Notes under the pieces: model-generated
The model's input: the letters and a program-made list of their open reading frames with translations, nothing else
Databases searched by the model: none
Told to the model about the DNA's origin: nothing
Origin: Clostridia bacterium
Lineage (GTDB): Bacteria; Bacillota; Clostridia; Christensenellales; DTU072
Direction: 5' to 3'
Length of the DNA: 64,000 bases
Assembly: GCA_045601385.1 (NCBI GenBank)
Contig: JAZRZM010000009.1
Span: 41,666 to 105,665, forward strand
Part shown: piece after piece, positions 1 to 9,500 of the stretch
Layout: every line of letters begins with the position of its first letter
Numbering within the stretch: the stretch's first letter is position 1
Program-made: the position numbers and the translations under genes

Positions 1-1
1 T

Positions 2-532
2 TGGCCTTGCGTAGAAAAAATATCGCCCGAGTGGGAAGAGATAAACGCGTCTACCTGGCGCGGTTTTGAAAAAATGTATAAGGACGGAAAAATCCGTGCC
101 ATCGGCGTAAGTAATTTCCAAAAGAAACACCTTGATTCTTTGTTTAAGTATGCCGAAATCAAACCTATGGTAAACCAAATCGAGTTTCATCCGGGATATT
201 GCCAATACGATAACGTACAGTATTCGCAAAGTCTCGGCATGCTCGTCGAAGCATGGAGTCCGCTCGGAAGCGGCGCCGTTTTGCGCGACGCGGCTTTGGA
301 AAGGATCGCCGAAAAGTACAATAAATCCGTCGCGCAACTATGCGTACGGTTTGCTCTGCAACTGGGCGTGCTGCCCTTGCCGAAGTCAACGAACCCCGAT
401 CGGATCGCCTCGAACGCAGACGTGTTCGACTTTGAAATATCGCAGGAAGATATGCAAAGGATTTTGACCTTCCCGCAACTCGGATTCAGTACATATCTGC
501 CGGAGGACGCGCCTGCCGACGCTTTGGTATAA
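2..532 (+). CDS. aldo/keto reductase, 3' part (5' end lies upstream of the window)
   Basis: Frame is open from nt 2 (WPCVEKISPEWEEINASTWRGFEKMYKDGKIRAIGVSNF...). AKR signatures IRAIGVSNF, NQIEFHP, AWSPLG, LPKSTNPDRI. Stop TAA 530-532 overlaps the next ATG by 1 nt. Confidence 0.9.
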   Translation, partial: WPCVEKISPEWEEINASTWRGFEKMYKDGKIRAIGVSNFQKKHLDSLFKYAEIKPMVNQIEFHPGYCQYDNVQYSQSLGMLVEAWSPLGSGAVLRDAALERIAEKYNKSVAQLCVRFALQLGVLPLPKSTNPDRIASNADVFDFEISQEDMQRILTFPQLGFSTYLPEDAPADALV

Positions 533-2703
533 TGAAAAAAACAATCGAGATTGAGCCTTTTGCCTACGGCTATCTGAAAGCCAAGGGAGTCGATAAAGAG
601 ACGCGCATAGCGCGCGCGATTCGTTGCTATGCCGAAAACGTCGATATAAAAATCAACCCCAAAGAGCGTTTTGTCGGCAACACCTGTCGGGAGACGAAAA
701 TGGGCATCCGCTTTTGCTCCAACAGCGGTTTTTTATACGACGCCGGAGGCGCAAAACAGGTGACGAAAGACAATCCGCTACTTGCTTTGCCGCTTTCTTT
801 TCTTCGCCATCGGTGTTTTCCGCATATCGGAGAATTCATCAAGTATTGGCACGAAGACGGTAAGACGCATAAACTTGCGTTATATAAAAATCTTTGGGGC
901 GCGGGGAGTGGTCACGGGAACCCGGACTACAAATTGCTCCTCGATCTCGGCACGAACGGTCTGCGCGAAAAAATCGCCTCTTTCCGACTGAAAAACGCGG
1001 GCAAGGACGCCTTTTACGACGCGCTTGTCATGACGCTCGATTCTTTCGATATTCTGGCACGCAGGTATCGGGAGAAAGCCGAAAAAATGCTCGGAGAGGC
1101 AAAAAACGAAGAGGATAAGAGCGCACTGAAAAGGATCGTCGACGCCTTGGAGAATATACCCCAAAACAAACCGCGTAACTTCTTCGAAGCGTGCCAGGCT
1201 TTTTGGCTCGCCTTTTCTTTTTTGGAAATCGATTCGCCCGGATTGTTTGATTACGCTTTGGGAGAATATTATAAAAACGACGTTTCGGGTGACCGATATG
1301 ACAGTTTAGGGAAACTGTGGGAGTTGTTTCACAAAACGCGCTCGTGGAATTTGTGCGTGGGCGGCAGCGACGAAAACGGCAACGATTTATGCAACGAACT
1401 GACCTACGACGTCCTGAAAGTCGCCGCCGAAAAAAAATACAACACGCCGAATATCACGATGCGGTTTCATAAAAACTCGCCCGAAAAGGCGTGGGACAAA
1501 GCGATCGAAACGCTTTCTACGGGAATCGGCATGCCGGCTATATATAACGACGAGTGCGTGTGCGTCGCCTTGGAAAGGCTGGGCGTTACGCCGAAAGACA
1601 GTAGGCTGTATTGTATGAACGGATGCAACCAAATCGATATTTTCGGCAAGTCGCACATGGGGCTTGAAGACGGCGAAATCTGTGTGGCAAAGGCTCTTGA
1701 ATACACACTCTTTCACGGCAGATGCCGTTTTTTGAACCGTAAACTCGGGCTCGACTTGGGCGATCCGTCCTCTTTTAAGACGTTCGACGACTTTCTGGCG
1801 GCGTTTTACAAGGAGATCGATTATATGCTCGAAAAGGTGACGTCGGTCTCCAATGCGGCGCAGAAAATACATGCCGAATACAGTCCGAATCCGTGGCGGT
1901 CGTGTCTCATCGAAGGATGCGTCGAAAAAGGCGTGGACTATAAGCGCGGCGGTCCGATTTACGGACACGGACAGATCCTGACGGAGGCTTTGCCCGATAC
2001 GGTCGATTCTCTTGCCGCGATCAAACACTTTGTGTACGATGAAAAAAAATATACTTTGGTGCAACTCGTCGCCGCTTTGAAACGGAATTTTGTCGGGTGC
2101 CAAAAACTCTATAAAGACTTTTCCGGGTACCTTAAATTCGGAAACGATATACCCGAAGTCGATAAAATTTACAAGGAAGTGACCGAATACATATACGCTT
2201 CGCTCCAAACGTTTTCCACCTTCCGCGGCGGAAAATTCGGCGGCGGATGCAGTACGTACAACCGTGCCGCCGAATACGGCAGAAAACTCGGCGCGCTCCC
2301 GAACGGCAAAAAGAAAGGGGAGACGTTGCTTGCCGACAGTATCGGCGCCGTACCCGGTTGCGACAAAAAAGGTCCGACGGCGCTTCTTAACTCGGTGCTT
2401 TCCGCCGATCAGACGCTTGCTACCAGCGGAAACGTCTTGCAGATGAAGTTCGATAAAAAACAGTTTGGGACGGAAACGGGAAGGGAAGCCTTCAAGGCGC
2501 TTGCGAAAACGTATTTTTCGCAGGGCGGACAGACTTTGCAAATCAACGTCGTATCCAAAGAAGAATTGCTCGACGCAAAGGCTCACCCCGAGCGTCACGG
2601 CGATCTGATCGTGCGCGTGGGCGGTTTCAGCGAGTATTTTACAAGGCTCGAACCGGCTTTGCAGGATAATATCATTCAACGTTCGGAGAACGGTTTGCTG
2701 TAA
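532..2703 (+). CDS. glycyl radical enzyme, PFL2/diol-dehydratase-like clade (723 aa), substrate unknown
   Basis: C-terminal glycyl-radical fingerprint LIVRVGGFSEYF (Gly codon 2623-2625). Putative thiyl loop DSRLYCMNGCNQID (Cys codon 1624-1626). PFL2-type blocks FFEACQAFWL, GIGMPAIYNDE, DSLAAIKHFV, KFGNDIPEVD, GPTALLNSV, LQINVV. The activase gene follows after 2 nt. Confidence 0.9.
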   Translation: MKKTIEIEPFAYGYLKAKGVDKETRIARAIRCYAENVDIKINPKERFVGNTCRETKMGIRFCSNSGFLYDAGGAKQVTKDNPLLALPLSFLRHRCFPHIGEFIKYWHEDGKTHKLALYKNLWGAGSGHGNPDYKLLLDLGTNGLREKIASFRLKNAGKDAFYDALVMTLDSFDILARRYREKAEKMLGEAKNEEDKSALKRIVDALENIPQNKPRNFFEACQAFWLAFSFLEIDSPGLFDYALGEYYKNDVSGDRYDSLGKLWELFHKTRSWNLCVGGSDENGNDLCNELTYDVLKVAAEKKYNTPNITMRFHKNSPEKAWDKAIETLSTGIGMPAIYNDECVCVALERLGVTPKDSRLYCMNGCNQIDIFGKSHMGLEDGEICVAKALEYTLFHGRCRFLNRKLGLDLGDPSSFKTFDDFLAAFYKEIDYMLEKVTSVSNAAQKIHAEYSPNPWRSCLIEGCVEKGVDYKRGGPIYGHGQILTEALPDTVDSLAAIKHFVYDEKKYTLVQLVAALKRNFVGCQKLYKDFSGYLKFGNDIPEVDKIYKEVTEYIYASLQTFSTFRGGKFGGGCSTYNRAAEYGRKLGALPNGKKKGETLLADSIGAVPGCDKKGPTALLNSVLSADQTLATSGNVLQMKFDKKQFGTETGREAFKALAKTYFSQGGQTLQINVVSKEELLDAKAHPERHGDLIVRVGGFSEYFTRLEPALQDNIIQRSENGLL

Positions 2704-2705
2704 AA

Positions 2706-3554
2706 ATGGACGGTATCGTTTTTGACATTCAACGTTTTTCCATTCATGACGGTCCGGGGATTCGTTCGACCGTTTTTCTGAAAGGCTGCTCTTTGCGCTG
2801 TTTATGGTGTCATAATCCCGAATCTCAACTTTCGGCGCCCCAAATTGCCGTTTTTAAGCACAAGTGCGTCGGTTGCGGCGCGTGCGTGAAGATATGTGAA
2901 ATAGCCTTTTTGCATAACTGCGACGGATGTGGAAAATGCGCAGAGGTCTGTCCTGTCGGCGCGCGCGAAGTCATAGGCGAAAAAAAGACCGTCGAAGAAG
3001 TGTTTGATGAAGTTGTCCGCGACAAAGCGTACTACCGCACATCGGGCGGAGGCGTGACCGTATCGGGCGGAGAGCCGCTTTTGCAGGTGGAGTTTGTCGC
3101 CGCGCTTTTTTCGGAATGCAAGCGTGAAGGTATATCCACCGCTGTCGAGACGGCGGGGAACGTGCCGTGGGAAAAGATAGAGACCGTTTTGCCGACGTGC
3201 GACCTGTTTTTGTACGACGTCAAGTGCATGGACGAAGAAAAACATCGTCGGTTGACGGGGGCGAGCAACCGCCTGATTCTTGACAACGCCGAGCGGTTGA
3301 AAAAAACGGGTAAACGGATATTGTTCCGTATGCCCGTCGTGCCGGGGTACAACGACGACGAGGTGGAAAAAACGGCGGCTTTCTGCGGCGATTTTCCGTT
3401 GGAGATTCTTGCTTATCACGACACGGCGCGAAGTAAGTACGCCGCGATCGGCAGGGAGTATCCGATAAATGCGACCGCGTTGTCGCAGGACGAGATGACG
3501 CGTCTCGCAAAAAAAACGGGCGCGAGTTATAAGCCGACGGGGCTGAACGCCTGA
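2706..3554 (+). CDS. glycyl-radical-enzyme activating protein (radical SAM)
   Basis: FSIHDGPGIR followed by CSLRCLWCHNPES (CxxxCxxC). Two ferredoxin-type motifs, CVGCGACVKIC and CDGCGKCAEVCP. GGEPLL motif. Lies immediately downstream of the GRE. Confidence 0.92.
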   Translation: MDGIVFDIQRFSIHDGPGIRSTVFLKGCSLRCLWCHNPESQLSAPQIAVFKHKCVGCGACVKICEIAFLHNCDGCGKCAEVCPVGAREVIGEKKTVEEVFDEVVRDKAYYRTSGGGVTVSGGEPLLQVEFVAALFSECKREGISTAVETAGNVPWEKIETVLPTCDLFLYDVKCMDEEKHRRLTGASNRLILDNAERLKKTGKRILFRMPVVPGYNDDEVEKTAAFCGDFPLEILAYHDTARSKYAAIGREYPINATALSQDEMTRLAKKTGASYKPTGLNA

Positions 3555-3596
3555 AACGCCCGAAAACGGCTTAAAATTGTTTTTTGGTCAAAAATA

Positions 3597-3625
3597 TTGT
3601 ATTTTCCGAAAAAGTGTGCTAAAAT
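3597..3625 (+). promoter_or_regulatory. putative sigma-70 promoter for trkAH
   Basis: TTGTAT (3597-3602), 17-nt spacer, TAAAAT (3620-3625), with a TGn extended -10 (TGC 3617-3619). Sits 25 nt upstream of the trkA start. Confidence 0.5.
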
Positions 3626-3649
3626 ATCGTGCAAGGGAGAATGTGACTA

Positions 3650-4996
3650 TTGAAAATAATTATTGCGGGAGCCGGTAACGTAGGCGAAAGTCTGATAGCC
3701 GACTTAGCGGATGAAGAACACGATTTAGTCGTGGTGGACAGGGACGCCAATCTGGTGGAACGCCTGGTTGATTCTTACGACTTGCTCGGCGTCGTCGGTA
3801 ACTGCGTCAGCGCGGAGATTCTGCAAAAAGCGGGTGCGCCCGAAGCGAATCTCGTTATTGCCTGTACGCCGTACGACGAAATGAATATTCTTTGCTGTAT
3901 GGTGGCAAAGAAACTGGGCGTGTCGGAAACGATAGCGCGCGTGCGGAATCCCGAATATTTTTCCTTATTTAAGGACGTGGAACTGGGTCTTACCATGATG
4001 GTTAATCCCGAATACGAAACGGCGATGGAAATCAGCCGTTTGCTCCGCTTCCCTTCCGCGCTCAAAATGGAGCCTTTTGCCGGGGGCAGGGTGGAAGTTT
4101 TTGAACTGAAAGTTACCCCCGATTCGCCTTTTGTGGGTATGGCTATGCGCGAGATACAGGCGCGTTTTTCCATGAAACTGCTTATTTGCGCCGTCGAACG
4201 GAACGGAAACGTGTTTATCCCTAACGGCGACTTCCGACTGGAAGAGTGGGACGATATTTACGTCACGGCGACGCAGAAAGAGACGCTTTTATTGTTCAAA
4301 ACGCTCGGCATGCCGAGAAGCGCGAAAAAGGTATTGATCGCCGGCGGCGGTCGGACGGCGTTTTATCTTGCGAAAGAGTTGCGGAAAAACAACGTTTCGG
4401 TCAAAATCATCGAAAGCGACGAAAACCGCTGTGCGGAACTGGAAGAGGCGATCGACGGCGTCAACGTCATTTTGGGCGAACCCGCCGAGAGAGAAATTTT
4501 GCTTGACGAGGGGTTAAAAACGTCGGACGCGTTCGTGGCGCTGTGCGATATTGACGAAAAAAACATCATTATGTCCCTTTTTGCCGCGGATAACGGCGTG
4601 AAAAAAGTCGTTTCCAAGTCGGATAAGGCATTGTATGCCGACATACTCGACAAAAAAGAGCGTATCAGCAACGTGTCCGTTTATACTTCCACGGTCAACG
4701 AAATCATTCGTTATGTCCGCGGAAAGTCGTCTTCCGGCGCGGGGAAGTGCAACAAACTGTACCGCATGATCGATAATCGGGTGGAAATGATGGAGTTTTC
4801 CGTCTCGTCCGGGTTTGACGGGTTGGGCGTTCCGTTGAAATCGCTTGCTTTGCAAAAAGATATTCTGATCGCCGCTTTGCTACGGAAAAACGAATTGATT
4901 ATTCCGGGCGGTGAAGACAGTATTCTGGAAGGGGATACCGTTTTGCTCGTTACCACGAAGGAGTTTTCGGGCGATCTCAACGATATTTTGGAGTAA
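3650..4996 (+). CDS. trkA: Trk-system K+ uptake protein TrkA (NAD-binding regulatory subunit)
   Basis: TTG start 10 nt after GGGAGA. Two Rossmann motifs (KIIIAGAGNVG and KVLIAGGGRTAFYLA), each followed by a TrkA-C-like segment. trkH is adjacent. Confidence 0.92.
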   Translation: MKIIIAGAGNVGESLIADLADEEHDLVVVDRDANLVERLVDSYDLLGVVGNCVSAEILQKAGAPEANLVIACTPYDEMNILCCMVAKKLGVSETIARVRNPEYFSLFKDVELGLTMMVNPEYETAMEISRLLRFPSALKMEPFAGGRVEVFELKVTPDSPFVGMAMREIQARFSMKLLICAVERNGNVFIPNGDFRLEEWDDIYVTATQKETLLLFKTLGMPRSAKKVLIAGGGRTAFYLAKELRKNNVSVKIIESDENRCAELEEAIDGVNVILGEPAEREILLDEGLKTSDAFVALCDIDEKNIIMSLFAADNGVKKVVSKSDKALYADILDKKERISNVSVYTSTVNEIIRYVRGKSSSGAGKCNKLYRMIDNRVEMMEFSVSSGFDGLGVPLKSLALQKDILIAALLRKNELIIPGGEDSILEGDTVLLVTTKEFSGDLNDILE

Positions 4997-5002
4997 AAAA
5001 TC

Positions 5003-6457
5003 ATGAATTATCGGATGTCGGCGTATCTTTTGGGAGAAATTCTCCTGATAGTCGCGGGACTGATGCTGGTGCCGTTTGCGATGGCTTTTGCGTTCGGGGA
5101 GCAGGGTACGCCCCTGTCTTTCGGCATAACCATTGCTTCGACGGTCGTCCTTGCCCTTCCGTGGGTTCTGAAAAAGCCGAAAAAGACCGACCTGAAAGCG
5201 CGCGGCGGCTTTATCGTCGTGGGGCTTGCATGGATTTTGCTGTCTTTGCTTGGCGCGATGCCTTTTGCGATCGGCGGATACGCTTCGTATTTGGACGCGC
5301 TGTTTGAAACGGTGTCCGGGTTTACCACGACGGGCGCGACAGTGTTTGCGCAAGTCGAAAATCTGCCGAAAAGTCTTCTTTTCTGGCGGAGTTTTACCCA
5401 TTGGATAGGCGGTATGGGCGTGCTGATTTTCGTCATAGCCGTTTTACCGAAGTCGGACGCGGCGATCGTTCATCTTGCGAAAGCCGAGACGGCGGGACCG
5501 CAGTTCGGCAAACTCGTCAGCAAACTGCGCTTTACCGCGCGAATTTTGTACGCGATTTATATTGTCCTTACTTTGATAGAGACGGTGGCGCTTATTTTGT
5601 GCGGCATGGACGTATTCGACGCCTTTACGACGGCTTTTGCGACGGCGGGGACGGGCGGATTCAGTTGTCGGAACAGCAGTATCGCCTTTTATGACAGCGT
5701 GGCGGTGGAAATCGTCGTGATGGTGTTTATGTTCTTGTTTTCCGTCAATATGAACCTGTTTTTCCTGATTGCCGTGGGAAAGATCAAGGACGTCTTTCGC
5801 AATGAAGAACTATGGTGGCTTTGCTCGTACATGCTGCTTGCGACGGTCATACTCACCGTATCGCTGACGGTCAATAAAGTGTACGATACGTTTGGGCAAA
5901 CGCTCCGTTACGCCGCGTTTCAAGTCGTATCGATCGGTAGCAGTACCGGTTTTTCGACGGCGGACTTTACGACGTGGCCGCTGCTTTGTCAGGTCGTCTT
6001 GTTCGTTTGTATGTTTATCGGCGGCATGGCGGGCAGTACCGCGGGCGGCTTGAAAGTATCGCGTATTATGATCCTGACAAAGTCGTCGTTCCGCTCCATC
6101 CGGAAGGCGGTCTCGCCGCGTTCGGTTATCAGCGTCAAAATCGACAAAAAGTCGGTGGATGAAACGCTGGTAAAAAACGTTTCGGCATATTTCGGTTTGT
6201 TTATGCTATTGACGTTCGCGTCTTTTATCCTTGTGTCCGTTTTGGAAAAGGGACTTGATTTTACGGGGGCGATTACTTCGGTGGTCACTTGTATCAATAA
6301 CGTCGGCCCCGGGTTCTCGGCGGTGATCGGACCTGCCGGTTCGTTCGGCGGATTGAGTGTTCCGACGAAAATCGTACTTATTTTCGATATGCTTTTGGGG
6401 AGACTGGAAATTTATCCCGTTTTGCTCCTCTTTTCTGCCAAAGCCTGGAAAAGATAA
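5003..6457 (+). CDS. trkH: TrkH/KtrB-family K+ transporter membrane subunit
   Basis: 484-aa polytopic membrane protein with four pore-loop-like motifs (SGFTTTGAT, ATAGTGGFS, GSSTGFSTADF, GGMAGSTAGGLK). Starts 6 nt after trkA. Confidence 0.9.
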   Translation: MNYRMSAYLLGEILLIVAGLMLVPFAMAFAFGEQGTPLSFGITIASTVVLALPWVLKKPKKTDLKARGGFIVVGLAWILLSLLGAMPFAIGGYASYLDALFETVSGFTTTGATVFAQVENLPKSLLFWRSFTHWIGGMGVLIFVIAVLPKSDAAIVHLAKAETAGPQFGKLVSKLRFTARILYAIYIVLTLIETVALILCGMDVFDAFTTAFATAGTGGFSCRNSSIAFYDSVAVEIVVMVFMFLFSVNMNLFFLIAVGKIKDVFRNEELWWLCSYMLLATVILTVSLTVNKVYDTFGQTLRYAAFQVVSIGSSTGFSTADFTTWPLLCQVVLFVCMFIGGMAGSTAGGLKVSRIMILTKSSFRSIRKAVSPRSVISVKIDKKSVDETLVKNVSAYFGLFMLLTFASFILVSVLEKGLDFTGAITSVVTCINNVGPGFSAVIGPAGSFGGLSVPTKIVLIFDMLLGRLEIYPVLLLFSAKAWKR

Positions 6458-6531
6458 ATTTTTTCTCGGCGGCGCAATTGTTTTTTTAGCGGATAGTATT
6501 ATCTTTTTTTAGTAAGGAAGGAACGAAAAGA

Positions 6532-9500
6532 ATGGAAACGACAAAAGAATTTTTGAAACAACACGTCGAAAAAAGTCGACGGCAACTCCGATCGAAAGAT
6601 TTTATTCAGTTGAGCAAAAACTCGTTATCCTTGACCGGGAAAAGCCTGCCGTCCTTTTTATCTTCTCTTGCGGGACGGGGTAAAAAGGTATTCGAACTTG
6701 TCGTGCCGGACGAAGGAAAAACGGGGAAGCGGCTCTGCGGAGACATGGTCACGGCGGCGGACGTTTTCCGCACGAGCGAGAATATCGTCTGGGACGGTGC
6801 CGATATACGCTTTCTGACGAAAGACGGGATTGCCGTCAGCGGTTATCAATACGACTATATCGCGCAAAACGGGTTGGAGGAGAATCAGATTTTTGCCAAA
6901 TCCAACCGACCGGAGACGGACGTGCCGACGGTATGGAAAAACATCGTAAGACGCGCCGACGACGCGAGAAAAGACAAAATCAAAGAAATACTGTACATTA
7001 CCGTCGGTTCGATCGAATGGACGACGAAAGAGGGGAAAAAAGCGATTTCGCCCCTGTTTGCCTGTTCGGTGCGAGAGGAGAAGAATAACGGCGAACGCTT
7101 GCGTTTTCGTGTGACGGGGGACTGTTTTCGCATAAACGGAATCGCGGGCAGAGCGATAAAAGAGCAGACCGGTATCGACGTATTCGAGGGCGTTTCTCCC
7201 GAAGTCGGGTTCGGCGCGCTGCTTGAAGAATCGGAAAAGATAAAAGCCAAGGCGTCGCGGATTGCGAATATACGGTTCCGCGACGACGACATAAACGTTT
7301 GTATCCTCGACTCGGCAAACGAGACCGTTTGCCAAGCGGTGGAGAAGATGGCGGACGAACTCGCCGCGTCGGAAATGGTGCGTGTTCTTTCGGGAGAGCG
7401 TCCGAACCCCTTTTACGACGATACGGGCATCGAAGGGATCTATCCTCTGCTTGCCGACGACAGCCAGCGCGACGTGATCAGAAAGGCGATAGCCGGGTGC
7501 AGCGTCAACGTCAACGCGCCTGCCGGCACGGGCAAATCGCAGACGATGGTCAATATCGCCGCCAACATGGCGGTTATGGGCAAGAGCGCGTGCGTCATGA
7601 GCGAAAAGGCTGCCGCGAACGAAGTCTTTTTGAAATACGCCGCAAGTATCGGACTCGACACATACTGCCTGTCAATCGAAAATACGATGACCGTCTCGGA
7701 TATTGTGTCGCAGATTATCCGTATCGTCAATGCGCCGAGATATTACGTCAACGCAACGGCGGCGCGCGAAACGCTTGCCGACAAACTCGACGTCGATCGG
7801 GAACTGGACGAGTTCGGAAACGGCGTCTATCGGGAAGTGCCCGAACTCGGTTGTTCGGTGTACGACCTGATCGGAGAAGCGATTGCGTTTCCGCCGCCCG
7901 AAAACCTCGATTCGATTCGGGCGTCCGGAGAGAATTACTCTTTAGTAAAGAGTAAAATCAGAAATTTCCGCGACGGCGTTATGCGATATACGCCCGAAAA
8001 AGACTTTTTCCGCTACGTAAAAGACGGGACTTCGGGGCAAGAAGAAGTGGACGAAATGCTGCGGCAAGCCGTGGAAGAACTGCTCGGAATCGGCGTCGAT
8101 CCGATCGCTTTTGCGCGCGATAACAAAATCGAAGACCGCATTTGCGAACGGCTTTCGGCGGCGGTCGCTTTTTCATTGGCGTCGGTATATATGAAAAATC
8201 GGAAACTGAACAGGTACGGCAATATTTTGCTGTGTTCTCTTTATTCGAGACTTGTTTCGGTGTACGACAGAATGACGGCGCTTTACAGAGCGTTCATGTT
8301 ACAGGAAATTTCGGCGCGCGTCGCGCATAGCGTGCGCGGCAATCCGTTCGTCGCGTTGCTGGATAAACTGAAAACGAATCAGCATATCCGCCCGATCGAT
8401 TTGTTCGAGCAATATGGGAAAGAGATACTCCGTTTGTGCCCCATTATCGTCAGTACGCCGGGTATCGCCGTCAATTATATCCTCAATTCGATGAATACTT
8501 TCGACGTGTTGATGATAGACGAGGCGTCGCAGGTGCCCGTGACGGGCGTTTTGCCTTTTCTTGCCGGGAAAAAGCAGTTGATTACTTTCGGCGACGCCAT
8601 GCAACTTGGCGTGAGCGATTATTTTGCGCAAAGCGATACCGACGGACGGGACGAAGAGGGCACGTTCGACATCGACAAGACGGATAAGTCGATTTTGCAC
8701 GTCGTCTCGGGCAAACTTTCCACCTGTAACCTTTTGTTTCATTTCCGTTCAAAATGCTATTCGCTGCTCGTCGTGTCGAACGAAACGTGCTACGACGGTA
8801 TTCTGAATCTGATACCGGACGTATACACCGACAAAGACAATCTGCCCGATTATCTCGGGTATGAACTGTGCGTGAGCGACGACGACTCCGCGACAAACAA
8901 CGCCGGAATCAACCATGTCGAAGCGGAAGCGATCGCAAAGAGAGTCTGTAAAATAAAAGACGAAACGCCCGAAAAAACGATCGGTATCATCGCGTTTAAC
9001 GAAAAGCAGCAGAATCATATTCTCGACCTTTTGGAGACGAGACATACGGAAGGTTTGCTTTGTTGCGATCTTAATCGCGACGACGAGATATGGATTCGTT
9101 CGATCGAAACGGCGCAGGGCAAGGAAGCCGACGTCGTCCTGATCAGCATCGGGCATACCGCTCGCCGTGCGGACGGGAAAATACGGCAGGCGATCTCCGA
9201 TATTCATAAGCCGGGCGGCGTCAATAAACTGAATGTTCTTTTTACGCGCGCCCGTGAAAAAAATATCGTGTTTTTGTCGTTCGATTATAAGGATTTACGG
9301 TTTTCCGATAATCAGGGACTGGCGCGTTTGTACCGGTATCTCAACTATGCCGATACCGGCGAAACGGACGAAAGAAGCGAAAAGAAGAAGCGCACGGACG
9401 ACAAACTGAACGAAAACTGGGAAAAGATCCTGGAATCGTCCGAGGTATATACGCCGAAAGCCAAGGTGGGCAACAACGTTCTGCTTGTCGATATGGCGCT

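Noticed and set aside
1387-2679. 430-aa ORF antisense to the glycyl radical enzyme. Many similar long antisense ORFs exist (13480-14610, 16165-17475, 20595-21854, 21788-23164, 24246-25253, 25438-27171, 37064-38470, 40178-41209, 41525-42643, 49835-50824, 51464-52468, 53695-55206, 60046-61563, 62027-63199).
   Set aside because: They are shadow ORFs opposite genes with clear family motifs. Their translations are Arg/Phe/Val-rich and low-complexity, with no motifs or RBS, and they arise from codon bias on the coding strand.
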